This document shows positions 1 to 10,736 of a stretch of DNA of 64,000 bases, piece after piece. The stretch lies in the sequence record OQ992558.1. One strand, given 5' to 3'. The notes under the pieces were generated by a model, which was not told the origin of the DNA, did not search any database, and saw nothing but the letters and a program-made list of their open reading frames with translations. The position numbers and the translations under genes are program-made. Positions within the stretch are counted from its first letter, which is position 1. Each line of letters opens with the position of its first letter. Origin of the DNA: Escherichia phage L14.

Positions 1-25
1 ATTCCAAAAATCTTATTAATTATAT

Positions 26-223
26 TCATACTAATTCCTTTAATCCGTAGATAGGAGATAATTCATCGCCCATACGAAGGTCTTCATTTCCATCTACCCA
101 AGAAACAATATAAGCCTCTTTTATTTGAATACCACTCCATTTAAACGAAGGTAGAACCTTAGAAATTAATCCAGGTATATCAACTCCCTTTAATTCAACG
201 GTTTGATCTAAAAAGAATTTCAT
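26..223 (-). CDS. hypothetical protein (65 aa)
   Basis: ORF in tightly packed minus-strand early block; no motif recognised. Confidence 0.35.
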   Translation of the reverse strand: MKFFLDQTVELKGVDIPGLISKVLPSFKWSGIQIKEAYIVSWVDGNEDLRMGDELSPIYGLKELV

Positions 224-510
224 TAGAACCTCATCTGAAAACCATGCGATTTAACATTACCTCCACCAATATCAGAAATATTAATTTCGCGCGCAATTGA
301 AGGGTCAATGTCAATTTCACGATTGAGTTTAGTGATAGCTAAAGTATCGCGCCCATTTACAGTACGAAACTCTAAAGGACAAACCACATCAACGTAGTTT
401 TTAATCGATTCGCTAGTAGGCTGCAAATGTGCAGGAAGGTCTTTAGGCGCCTTTGAGAAAACTACTTCGCAGAAGTTTTTACGAGTATCAAAATAAGTGG
501 TCATAAACAT
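223..510 (-). CDS. hypothetical protein (95 aa)
   Basis: ORF preceded by GAGG Shine-Dalgarno; stop/start packing with neighbours. Confidence 0.45.
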   Translation of the reverse strand: MFMTTYFDTRKNFCEVVFSKAPKDLPAHLQPTSESIKNYVDVVCPLEFRTVNGRDTLAITKLNREIDIDPSIAREINISDIGGGNVKSHGFQMRF

Positions 511-525
511 AATATTTTCCTCAGT

Positions 526-541
526 AAGGGGCCGAAGCCCC
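526..541 (-). promoter_or_regulatory. intergenic stem-loop; GGGGC-UUCG-GCCCC on the minus-strand transcript
   Basis: Inverted repeat aggggc cgaa gcccct read directly; lies between two minus-strand ORFs just upstream of an RBS. Confidence 0.5.
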
Positions 542-549
542 TTTTTATT

Positions 550-915
550 TTAAATATCAAATTCGTTAAGAACTACATCAAAGATTGCTTCAAGATGCTC
601 AGGTTTAGCTCTATTACTCAGAATATGACGAATCCAAGTTTTAACCAGAAGCTTACGATTAACACCATTCCAGCAAGGATGAGTCCCTAAATCACGTTGA
701 CGAAAATCATCATCTAATGCGATTTTAAAAGAAGAACCTTCTTTCGTGATTGAAACTGTAATACCGTTTTCAAATCGCATATAAACGTAATTAGGAGTCA
801 TATACTGTTCAATTTCGCATACTGATCCATTTTGATGTTTCCAAAGGCAGATAGTATCAATAGAACCTGCAATACCATTAGAAACATATTTACGCTCAAA
901 GTTGATGTAGTTCAT
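550..915 (-). CDS. hypothetical protein (121 aa)
   Basis: ORF in early block. Confidence 0.45.
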   Translation of the reverse strand: MNYINFERKYVSNGIAGSIDTICLWKHQNGSVCEIEQYMTPNYVYMRFENGITVSITKEGSSFKIALDDDFRQRDLGTHPCWNGVNRKLLVKTWIRHILSNRAKPEHLEAIFDVVLNEFDI

Positions 916-983
916 TTTTATTCTCCGAGATGTTTAATTGCGGTACAGGTATATAATATCATATCCTGTACCAAAGTAAACAA

Positions 984-1316
984 TTATTTTACTACTTTCC
1001 AGTGTTGCATGTCAAGTTTACCGACTTTTTTCATCTTCTCAATTAAGCGTTCGGCACGTTGGCGAGCTGTAACATAATGCCATTCGCCTAATTCATTTTG
1101 TTCAATTTTTCCAACGATTACTGTATTCAATTCATAAATCCAACCAGTAAAGAAATTATGAACTTGAATTGTAAAGGTGAAATCTGTTCCCATACCTTCT
1201 GTTGTTTCTACTTCAATAATATCACCTTCAACTGCCATTAAGAACCACATAGTTTCATCATATTTACCATTGAAGCATTTAGTTTTAACTGCAGCGTTCA
1301 GATTAATCGTTTTCAT
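984..1316 (-). CDS. hypothetical protein (110 aa)
   Basis: ORF in early block. Confidence 0.45.
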   Translation of the reverse strand: MKTINLNAAVKTKCFNGKYDETMWFLMAVEGDIIEVETTEGMGTDFTFTIQVHNFFTGWIYELNTVIVGKIEQNELGEWHYVTARQRAERLIEKMKKVGKLDMQHWKVVK

Positions 1317-1343
1317 TTTATTCTCCTTTGTTTGTGTAAGATA

Positions 1344-1373
1344 ATACTATCACAAAGGAACCATACTGTAAAC
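1344..1373 (-). promoter_or_regulatory. T4-early-type promoter (GTTTAC -35, 18-nt spacer, TAGTAT -10)
   Basis: plus-strand gtaaac at 1368-1373 and atacta at 1344-1349; matches T4 early promoter architecture. Confidence 0.45.
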
Positions 1374-1395
1374 AACTTTGTGCAATCTTTGGAAA

Positions 1396-1421
1396 ATAAA
1401 AAAGGACTCCCGAAGGAGTCC
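1396..1421 (-). terminator. rho-independent terminator; GGACUCC-UUCG-GGAGUCC followed by U-tract
   Basis: Perfect 7-bp stem with UUCG loop then UUUUUUAUUUU on minus strand, immediately downstream of ORF 1427-1603. Confidence 0.7.
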
Positions 1422-1426
1422 TCAAC

Positions 1427-1603
1427 TTATGCTTTCTGCTTACCAAAACGAGAAGCATCATCTCGAAGAACCGCACGTGCTCGGCGCATGATCTTCTCAA
1501 CAGTTTGATTGATACGAGAGTTCGACCCACGCTTGTAGCCAGCGCGTTTAGAATCACCAACTTTCTTTTCAACTGCTTTCTTTGCTTTAACTTGTTTTGC
1601 CAT
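1427..1603 (-). CDS. small basic protein (58 aa; start taken at internal Met MAKQVK)
   Basis: Lys/Arg-rich ORF; ORF-track start at 1645 has no RBS, so start placement is inferred. Confidence 0.4.
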   Translation of the reverse strand: MAKQVKAKKAVEKKVGDSKRAGYKRGSNSRINQTVEKIMRRARAVLRDDASRFGKQKA

Positions 1604-1849
1604 TATAAATTCTCTTTTAAATGAAAATGCAGGACTTATTGGCATTGCCTGCGCAAGCCCTCAAGGGGAACATAGGTTTTTGGATATTTAACGACCAGGA
1701 TAACCATAAACCCGTCATCATTCACATTCAAGAGGTACACCGTAAAAACTGCCGGGGTCTTAAAACTATAATGATTCGCAAATCATTAATCAGACAATTT
1801 CGACGGCTCCTCGATTTTAGCTCACACTAAGGCAGTGAATCTCCATAAA

Positions 1850-2098
1850 TTACTTCAATGTTACCACAAAGTGACGAACTGCTTTTCGTGCAGCAGAAGC
1901 CAGAGGCTTAGCATATTTAAGTTCATCTTTTTCCTGAAGCTCAGCAGCTAGTGCAGTTTGAGCAGGATTCAGATGTTTGAAATAACGCAGGATTTCAAGA
2001 GCTTCGGCTTCAACATCAATAGATGCGCCATAGTTTTCGTGACCATTATTCCATGCGTTTCGTTGCAGTTCAAGAGCGTGTTGTAATTGTTTAATCAT
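1850..2098 (-). CDS. rIII: rIII-like lysis-inhibition accessory protein (82 aa)
   Basis: Length and position downstream of gene 31 match T4 rIII; sequence identity recalled, not verified. Confidence 0.5.
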   Translation of the reverse strand: MIKQLQHALELQRNAWNNGHENYGASIDVEAEALEILRYFKHLNPAQTALAAELQEKDELKYAKPLASAARKAVRHFVVTLK

Positions 2099-2245
2099 TT
2101 AAAAATTCTCGTTAGAGATTAAAACTCGGTAGTCACGTTCTTCTGAATTTCATCTTCTTTCGACAGATCTCTCAGTTGTAGACTACCACATAGAATTGTT
2201 CGGTTAACTTATTATTCCGACACCCAATTCATATTATTATTTATA

Positions 2246-2581
2246 TCACTTATAAAGACACGGAATAGCTTTATAGTGACAGGTAACGAATTTTTGTTTA
2301 ATTTCTTTTGGCTGCTTAAGACCCAGAGCTACAAGAGGATGCGGAACGTTTCGAATTTGACCAACTGGAAGAGAAGTCAAATCACCAACTTCGCAGAAAC
2401 CTTCAGGAACATCAGGACCAACAGAGTGAATTACACACAGTTCAGGAACTTCACCTTGAACACGTTTACCGATAATAAGTCCTGATTCTGTAACTTCTTC
2501 ATCACCAGCCTGTGCAGGTTCAGAAACTAAAATAACATATTCACCGACAGCACGAATTGGCAGCTGTTGTACTTCAGACAT
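2246..2581 (-). CDS. 31: gp31 co-chaperonin (GroES-like), 111 aa
   Basis: Length and sequence match recalled T4 gp31; position next to cd. Confidence 0.85.
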   Translation of the reverse strand: MSEVQQLPIRAVGEYVILVSEPAQAGDEEVTESGLIIGKRVQGEVPELCVIHSVGPDVPEGFCEVGDLTSLPVGQIRNVPHPLVALGLKQPKEIKQKFVTCHYKAIPCLYK

Positions 2582-2637
2582 CGTTTTTCCTTTTTGTTAA
2601 CAGATGAATTAATAATAACAAATAATTCTTAAAGCAT

Positions 2638-2946
2638 TTATTTACCAATAAATTGGAGTAAATGCTCAACTTTCATACCATTAACGGAAATCAATTTGTC
2701 AATAGAAAAACCTCGCCATGCACCAAGCTCAACATCAAATACTGGAATCATGTCAGTAGATTCTTTCCGAGTAGATTCAGTCAATTTGTCAGTTTGTATG
2801 GTTGGCATAAAGTCTGCATCACGAGTACCTTTCATGGTACGAATAGTACCATCAGACTTTTCAAAAACTACGTTTGAAATACCCATGGACAATTTAGTTT
2901 TCAAAATTTCACGAATTGCTACTTTTTGTTCAGTCGTCAGTTTCAT
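2638..2946 (-). CDS. hypothetical protein (102 aa), 31.1-like position
   Basis: ORF between 31 and cd. Confidence 0.45.
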   Translation of the reverse strand: MKLTTEQKVAIREILKTKLSMGISNVVFEKSDGTIRTMKGTRDADFMPTIQTDKLTESTRKESTDMIPVFDVELGAWRGFSIDKLISVNGMKVEHLLQFIGK

Positions 2947-3183
2947 TTATTTACCTATTACAGTTTTAATATGAGTTGTTCCACGTTCTTTAAGAGTGGA
3001 AAGTAATTTTTGGCATTTTTCTAAATCAGATTTCCAACTATGTGGTCTATCAATACAAACCCAGTTTGACTTATAATACTGCTTCCATTTAGAGAAAAAA
3101 TACTTCTTATACTCTACAGCAAATGAAATGTTCTCGTTGGAATAAGAACTAATTGCTGTGAGTTGTACCAAACGAAATTTCAT
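2947..3183 (-). CDS. hypothetical protein (78 aa), 31.2-like position
   Basis: ORF abutting cd. Confidence 0.45.
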   Translation of the reverse strand: MKFRLVQLTAISSYSNENISFAVEYKKYFFSKWKQYYKSNWVCIDRPHSWKSDLEKCQKLLSTLKERGTTHIKTVIGK

Positions 3184-3764
3184 TATTCACCACAGAATTC
3201 GTTGATATTTTCCCAGTTTAACTTATTCAAGTTTTTCTTAGGAACATTAAACACTTCAATACCTGCATTTCGCAGAATATCATCCCAGCCAGGTTTATTT
3301 TTATCGTATGTTTCACAATAAACCAGCTTTTTAATTCCAGATTGAGCTATTGCTTTTGCACAATCTGGGCAAGGAGAAAGTGTTACATACATAGTAGCAC
3401 CTTCAATTGAAGAACCGTTTCGTGCAGCAAACAAAATAGCATTTAGTTCAGCATGAATTTCATTTTTAGACGACCATTCAGAGTGCGCGCTACGATGTTC
3501 TTTCGCCAATACAAAACGATCAGTTGAACCAAACGATACACATTCAGGCTTATGACCTTGAATGATAGTATGTTTAGGCTTATTCAGCAACCAACCTTGC
3601 TCAGCAGCATAATCACAGCAGTTCACACCACCTGCAGGTGAACCATTATATCCAGTAGAAATAATACGTCCATTCTTTTCAATTACTGCTCCTACTTTCC
3701 AGGAGCAACATTTTGATTCTTGTGATACTAAATATGCAATTTGAAGTACTGTACTCGCTTTCAT
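3183..3764 (-). CDS. cd: dCMP deaminase (193 aa)
   Basis: Zinc-dependent deaminase motifs HAE...PCxxC (HAELNAI...SPCPDCAKA) visible; length equals T4 Cd. Confidence 0.9.
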   Translation of the reverse strand: MKASTVLQIAYLVSQESKCCSWKVGAVIEKNGRIISTGYNGSPAGGVNCCDYAAEQGWLLNKPKHTIIQGHKPECVSFGSTDRFVLAKEHRSAHSEWSSKNEIHAELNAILFAARNGSSIEGATMYVTLSPCPDCAKAIAQSGIKKLVYCETYDKNKPGWDDILRNAGIEVFNVPKKNLNKLNWENINEFCGE

Positions 3765-4099
3765 TTCATAATCACCAGATAAGCAGATTTAGCAGTTTCA
3801 ACACGATAAATTTCGTGACGAAGTTTAGTTATACTTTTAATAACAGAACTAATTATATTCTGCCCATCTTTAAAGCGGTTTTTCTTATCAATAAAAATTG
3901 CGCCAACCATCTTTTTGTGAAGCTCAACCGGATACTTCGTCACAATAATAGCATCATACACAGAAGGATGAATACTATTCACCAGAGTATCATTCATTAA
4001 AGTTATTCTAATGAACTTTGCTGTTTCAGAGTCAAGCGCTCTATGATCGCCAGTATCATTTTCAAGACAATTATCAATTATATCAGTTAAATTCATCAT
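3761..4099 (-). CDS. hypothetical protein (112 aa)
   Basis: ORF in cd-pseT interval (cd.x-like). Confidence 0.45.
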   Translation of the reverse strand: MMNLTDIIDNCLENDTGDHRALDSETAKFIRITLMNDTLVNSIHPSVYDAIIVTKYPVELHKKMVGAIFIDKKNRFKDGQNIISSVIKSITKLRHEIYRVETAKSAYLVIMK

Positions 4100-4332
4100 A
4101 GTACGCCATACACCCTTTGTGCTTCAACTAATCCATCAAAATCCAATTTGAGATGTGTTATTTGGTCACCATCACCTGGATTCACAATTACTAATACTGA
4201 ACGAGGAGTTTCGGTAATAACACGAACCGATGTTTCGGGAAATCGTTCAGAAACCTTATTTACTAATTCCTGCGCAAATAGTTTAACTTTTTCTTGGAAT
4301 TCTTTAACAGTAATTGGTTTTTCACTTAGCAT
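4096..4332 (-). CDS. hypothetical protein (78 aa)
   Basis: ORF in cd-pseT interval; start overlaps upstream stop. Confidence 0.45.
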   Translation of the reverse strand: MLSEKPITVKEFQEKVKLFAQELVNKVSERFPETSVRVITETPRSVLVIVNPGDGDQITHLKLDFDGLVEAQRVYGVL

Positions 4333-4853
4333 GTTGATCCCAGCTCCTTACTTTCAACGTTTTTAACTAATTTGACAGAAACTAATTCAGCATCTTGGGT
4401 AATCATTACCGGGCCTTCTTCATACTCTTCAAGATATTCTAGAGCTTTCTTTTTAGCTTCTTCCTTTGTATCAGTTTGAGCATAGATATAAAACATGCAA
4501 CCAGTAATACCTACTACTTTCCACTTAATTTCTTTATCAGTTTTAATTTCAAATTTACTGGCAGAATCATCTTTTTGAACTTCTTCGAAAAAAGAATATT
4601 CTAACATATAAGCAATTGAAAATAACGGGCTAACTTTATAGGATTCACCCATTACATCAACAGCTTTATACCAACAATCATCAATTTCGCGTTTAATGCT
4701 AATAACATTCTTTGCAGGGTCAATTTTTACTTTAAATGAATTTTCCCCAATAAACTGGGCGATTCGTTTATTAGCCCCGCAAGTTTCATTAAAAATATCT
4801 TTATACCCAGTTTTAAAGCGATAAACCTTATCTTCTTCAAACCATTCGCTCAT
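4326..4853 (-). CDS. hypothetical protein (175 aa)
   Basis: ORF in cd-pseT interval. Confidence 0.45.
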   Translation of the reverse strand: MSEWFEEDKVYRFKTGYKDIFNETCGANKRIAQFIGENSFKVKIDPAKNVISIKREIDDCWYKAVDVMGESYKVSPLFSIAYMLEYSFFEEVQKDDSASKFEIKTDKEIKWKVVGITGCMFYIYAQTDTKEEAKKKALEYLEEYEEGPVMITQDAELVSVKLVKNVESKELGSTC

Positions 4854-4883
4854 TTCAATTTCCTCATTTGTTTTGGTAGAGCT

Positions 4884-4913
4884 ATAATATCACAACTCTA
4901 CCGTAAAGTAAAC
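4884..4913 (-). promoter_or_regulatory. T4-early-type promoter (GTTTAC / TATTAT)
   Basis: plus gtaaac 4908-4913, ataata 4884-4889, 18-nt spacer. Confidence 0.45.
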
Positions 4914-4915
4914 CA

Positions 4916-5221
4916 TTAAATCGCTTTGAATTCCGCAGTTTGAGATTCAAAGCGAATGTCGCCTTTGATAACTAGCTCAGCATCAAGACCGAATACAACA
5001 ATGATATGCGCGGAACCTGGATACAACGTAATGGCAATAGAATCCACCTGGTCTGGAAGCAAAGTGTTCAATACATGAGTCACTTGAGCGTGGATTCGAA
5101 GCTCAGCTGCGTTATCAAGTTTTTCAAACATATTATTAGCGATAATTTGGCTAAACACTACTTCTACGATTTTAGAGTAAGTCGGAAACATATTTACCTC
5201 ACATAATTTTCTTCGAGCCAA
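4916..5221 (-). CDS. hypothetical protein (101 aa)
   Basis: ORF in cd-pseT interval. Confidence 0.45.
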   Translation of the reverse strand: MARRKLCEVNMFPTYSKIVEVVFSQIIANNMFEKLDNAAELRIHAQVTHVLNTLLPDQVDSIAITLYPGSAHIIVVFGLDAELVIKGDIRFESQTAEFKAI

Positions 5222-5255
5222 TTAATAATAGTCCAAGTTTCATGGTGCAAAGCCA

Positions 5256-6456
<1,201 letters not shown>

Positions 6457-6460
<4 letters not shown>

Positions 6461-6687
6461 TTATTTTTCTCAACCAATGATTGAATATAATCATGCAGGT
6501 CTTTAGATGCTTTACCCCACTTATTTTGATATTCATTTTTAAGATTAGCACGTGATTGAGCTAATAAAACATCATTAGTTGGAGGTAAAGATTCTAATCG
6601 CTGAATCTGGCGTCCATAAATCATTGCAGCCATCTCGGATTCATAAATCAATCCTTTGAGATGTTCAAATTGATGCCATGAAATCAT
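6457..6687 (-). CDS. hypothetical protein (76 aa)
   Basis: ORF, 4-nt overlaps with neighbours. Confidence 0.45.
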
Positions 6688-6983
6688 TTACATTTATCCT
6701 CTTTTAACTCTTGACGATAATAACATATCATAGTTTTCTGATCATGTACATATCGTTTTACATCATTAAGCCAAATACGAAATTCCTGGGAATCTTCGAA
6801 TGGCATACCGACCCAAGCTTTACCATCAATAACTTTAACTTGCCAAGATAATTTAGCTTCGTCATATGACTTTATTTGTACAGGCCAATTAGGATGAACT
6901 GTTTCTTTCTTTACTTCTAGAGGCTTTGTCGAACAACCAACTAGAAGACCAATAGATAATATTACTGCTGATAGTTTAATCAT
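6684..6983 (-). CDS. putative lipoprotein (99 aa)
   Basis: N-terminal signal peptide with lipobox LLVGC. Confidence 0.5.
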   Translation of the reverse strand: MIKLSAVILSIGLLVGCSTKPLEVKKETVHPNWPVQIKSYDEAKLSWQVKVIDGKAWVGMPFEDSQEFRIWLNDVKRYVHDQKTMICYYRQELKEDKCK

Positions 6984-7333
6984 TTAGAAAGGTCCTGGAT
7001 GTCTTCTGCGAACTTGTTGAAGGAGTTGTTGATTTGTTTTTCAACCAATCCTGGCTTATGAGCCACCACATCCGCCTTCTTTGCATCTTTGCGCAGTTTT
7101 TCATTTTCACGCTCAATAGCAGCAATTGCCTCACGATTTTTATTATTCATCGCATCAATATAATTATACTGAATTCGCAAATTATTTAATGCTAAGGCGT
7201 TTTCATTGGCCGTTTTTGTAATTTCAGTAACTGATGTTTCTAATCTTTCTACCTTATTTTTTAAAATAATAGATGTTCCGCCAAATGCTATTACAAGTAA
7301 TAGCAATCCAGCTGTAAAATTACTTACATGCAT
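6980..7333 (-). CDS. membrane-anchored coiled-coil protein (117 aa)
   Basis: N-terminal hydrophobic helix then charged heptad-like sequence. Confidence 0.45.
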   Translation of the reverse strand: MHVSNFTAGLLLLVIAFGGTSIILKNKVERLETSVTEITKTANENALALNNLRIQYNYIDAMNNKNREAIAAIERENEKLRKDAKKADVVAHKPGLVEKQINNSFNKFAEDIQDLSK

Positions 7334-7830
7334 AAAGTTTTAATAACCTCTATAATATCGTCTTGAGAAAGACCGTTAATTAAAATATGATGTTCAGCCG
7401 GAGATTTAGAAATTTTAAAGCACGCCGCAACATCTTCTGCCATATCCGATGCGCTACGATTTGGATTACTAATTCCAAGACGATGCTTTCCTGTCAAAGG
7501 ATTAACGATGATATAGCATTTGCAGCTATTGATATGAACATTAGGTTGAGTCTGATTAATAAACACTTCACAATCATACTTAGCGAGCTGATTTTCTAAA
7601 AAGACTTTCATCTCCTCAACCGCATCAGGAAGCATATCACGGGCTTGCTCAAGACGACGATTTCGATATTCTTTAATGGTTGTTTTCCGCTTTACTTGCT
7701 TAGCTAAATCTTTCTTAAGATCGGTGATATATCCAACTCGACGATTTCCTTTGAATACAGAAATCCCATCTGTAGTATCACCGTATGCTTCAACGACCAT
7801 TTCAGTAGTAATGAGCTGCAAATCCATCAT
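7324..7830 (-). CDS. alc: Alc transcription-termination protein (168 aa)
   Basis: Length and position between pseT and rnlA as in T4; sequence recalled as Alc. Confidence 0.75.
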   Translation of the reverse strand: MMDLQLITTEMVVEAYGDTTDGISVFKGNRRVGYITDLKKDLAKQVKRKTTIKEYRNRRLEQARDMLPDAVEEMKVFLENQLAKYDCEVFINQTQPNVHINSCKCYIIVNPLTGKHRLGISNPNRSASDMAEDVAACFKISKSPAEHHILINGLSQDDIIEVIKTLCM

Positions 7831-7858
7831 AAAGTCCTCATGTTATGTCAGTAAGATT

Positions 7859-7888
7859 ACTATAACACAACACGAGGGACTTGTAAAC
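7859..7888 (-). promoter_or_regulatory. T4-early-type promoter upstream of alc
   Basis: plus gtaaac 7883-7888 and actata 7859-7864. Confidence 0.4.
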
Positions 7889-7891
7889 AAC

Positions 7892-9479
<1,588 letters not shown>

Positions 9480-9487
9480 AATAAAAT

Positions 9488-9501
9488 GGGCCTTGCGGCC
9501 C
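9488..9501 (-). promoter_or_regulatory. intergenic stem-loop (GGGCC-GCAA-GGCCC) between nrdB and denA
   Basis: 5-bp GC stem read directly. Confidence 0.4.
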
Positions 9502-9506
9502 ACTCC

Positions 9507-10685
9507 TTAAAAGTATTTTTTAAAACTCATCATAACTTTATCATCAACATCATTATCAATCTGTGCAACAAGATAAGATGACAGTTCTACTTCTTGTGGC
9601 GCTGATTGAACATTATCAGAATTAAGATATTCACGAATCCAAGGATATGGATGTTTAACCGGAGCATCGGTAATTGGGCATGGAAGACCGCACTGTTTCA
9701 TACGAGATACAGTTAAGTAATCAATAAAGCTCCACATGCTATTTGTATTTAATCCAGGAACATCGCCATCTTTAAATAAATGAACTGCCCAATCTTTTTC
9801 TTGACGGTTAACTTCCATGAAAATATCAACTGCTTCTTGTTCACACTCTTGAGCAATTTTAACCCATTGATCGCCATCAGTACCAGATTGAAGTTGACGA
9901 ATAATATATTGTGTACCTTTAAGATGAAGCTGCTCATCACGTGCAATGAACTTCATAATCTTGGCATTACCTTCCATGATTTCCATGTTTTTATGGAAGT
10001 TAAAGGTACACGCAAAGGATACATAAAAACGAATAGCTTCTAATGCATTAATAACGTGCAAACAGAGGTAAAGAGATTTCATTAGCTCACGCTTCCAATA
10101 TGTCTCATGCTCAATAGCATCTTCAATAACGTCTTCGTCTGCATTAATTTCTTTTTGGTATTCGATATCAGCTTTAGCGTTTTCCCAATAACGAGTTTTA
10201 ATCAGAACATCATCATAATAACGTCCAATGGATTCAGCACGTTTCATAATAGCTTCATCTAATACAATTTCATCAAATACCTTCGATGGATCAGTATAAA
10301 GATTTCGCATGATATGAGTATATGAACGACTGTGAATAGTTTCACTAAAAGTCCATGTAGCAACCCATGTATCAAGGCTTGGGTCTGAAATTAATGACAT
10401 AAGTACAGCAGATGGCGCGCGACCCTGAATGCTATCTAAAAGTGATTGATACTTCAAGTTGTTAGTAAAAATATTTTGCTGATACTGAGGAAGCTTATTA
10501 AACTGTGCAGCATCCATCATCAAGTTTACTTCTTCAGGACGCCAGAAAAATGATAATTGCTTTTCGGTTAAATCTTCAAAAACTTTATGACGTTGAATAT
10601 CATAACGCGCAATACCAAGACCTGAACCAAAAAACATAGGTTCTTTTAAAACATCAACTGGATTTGTATTAAAAACTGTGCTCAT
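9507..10685 (-). CDS. nrdB: ribonucleotide reductase small subunit (392 aa), uninterrupted
   Basis: Di-iron/tyrosyl-radical R2 family by sequence recall; single continuous ORF (no intron). Confidence 0.9.
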   Translation of the reverse strand: MSTVFNTNPVDVLKEPMFFGSGLGIARYDIQRHKVFEDLTEKQLSFFWRPEEVNLMMDAAQFNKLPQYQQNIFTNNLKYQSLLDSIQGRAPSAVLMSLISDPSLDTWVATWTFSETIHSRSYTHIMRNLYTDPSKVFDEIVLDEAIMKRAESIGRYYDDVLIKTRYWENAKADIEYQKEINADEDVIEDAIEHETYWKRELMKSLYLCLHVINALEAIRFYVSFACTFNFHKNMEIMEGNAKIMKFIARDEQLHLKGTQYIIRQLQSGTDGDQWVKIAQECEQEAVDIFMEVNRQEKDWAVHLFKDGDVPGLNTNSMWSFIDYLTVSRMKQCGLPCPITDAPVKHPYPWIREYLNSDNVQSAPQEVELSSYLVAQIDNDVDDKVMMSFKKYF

Positions 10686-10736
10686 AAATTTTCCGCTTAG
10701 TTAATAGTTGGTGACTCGTCCGTGAGTCAAATTATA

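Noticed and set aside
832-1077. Plus-strand ORFs embedded in the minus-strand early blocks (for example 832-1077, 1621-1830, 2276-2485, 2662-2974, 3713-4000, 5656-5847, 11892-12134, 17128-17391, 43616-43906)
   Set aside because: They are antisense to well-supported genes, lack RBS, and translate to low-complexity or stop-prone sequence typical of AT-rich antisense frames.
2238-2245. TATAAATA on the minus strand downstream of gene 31, and at 18491-18498 upstream of gene 32
   Set aside because: Exact late-promoter octamers, but 85-140 nt from the nearest start codon; isolated 8-mers are expected by chance at this AT content, so not called.
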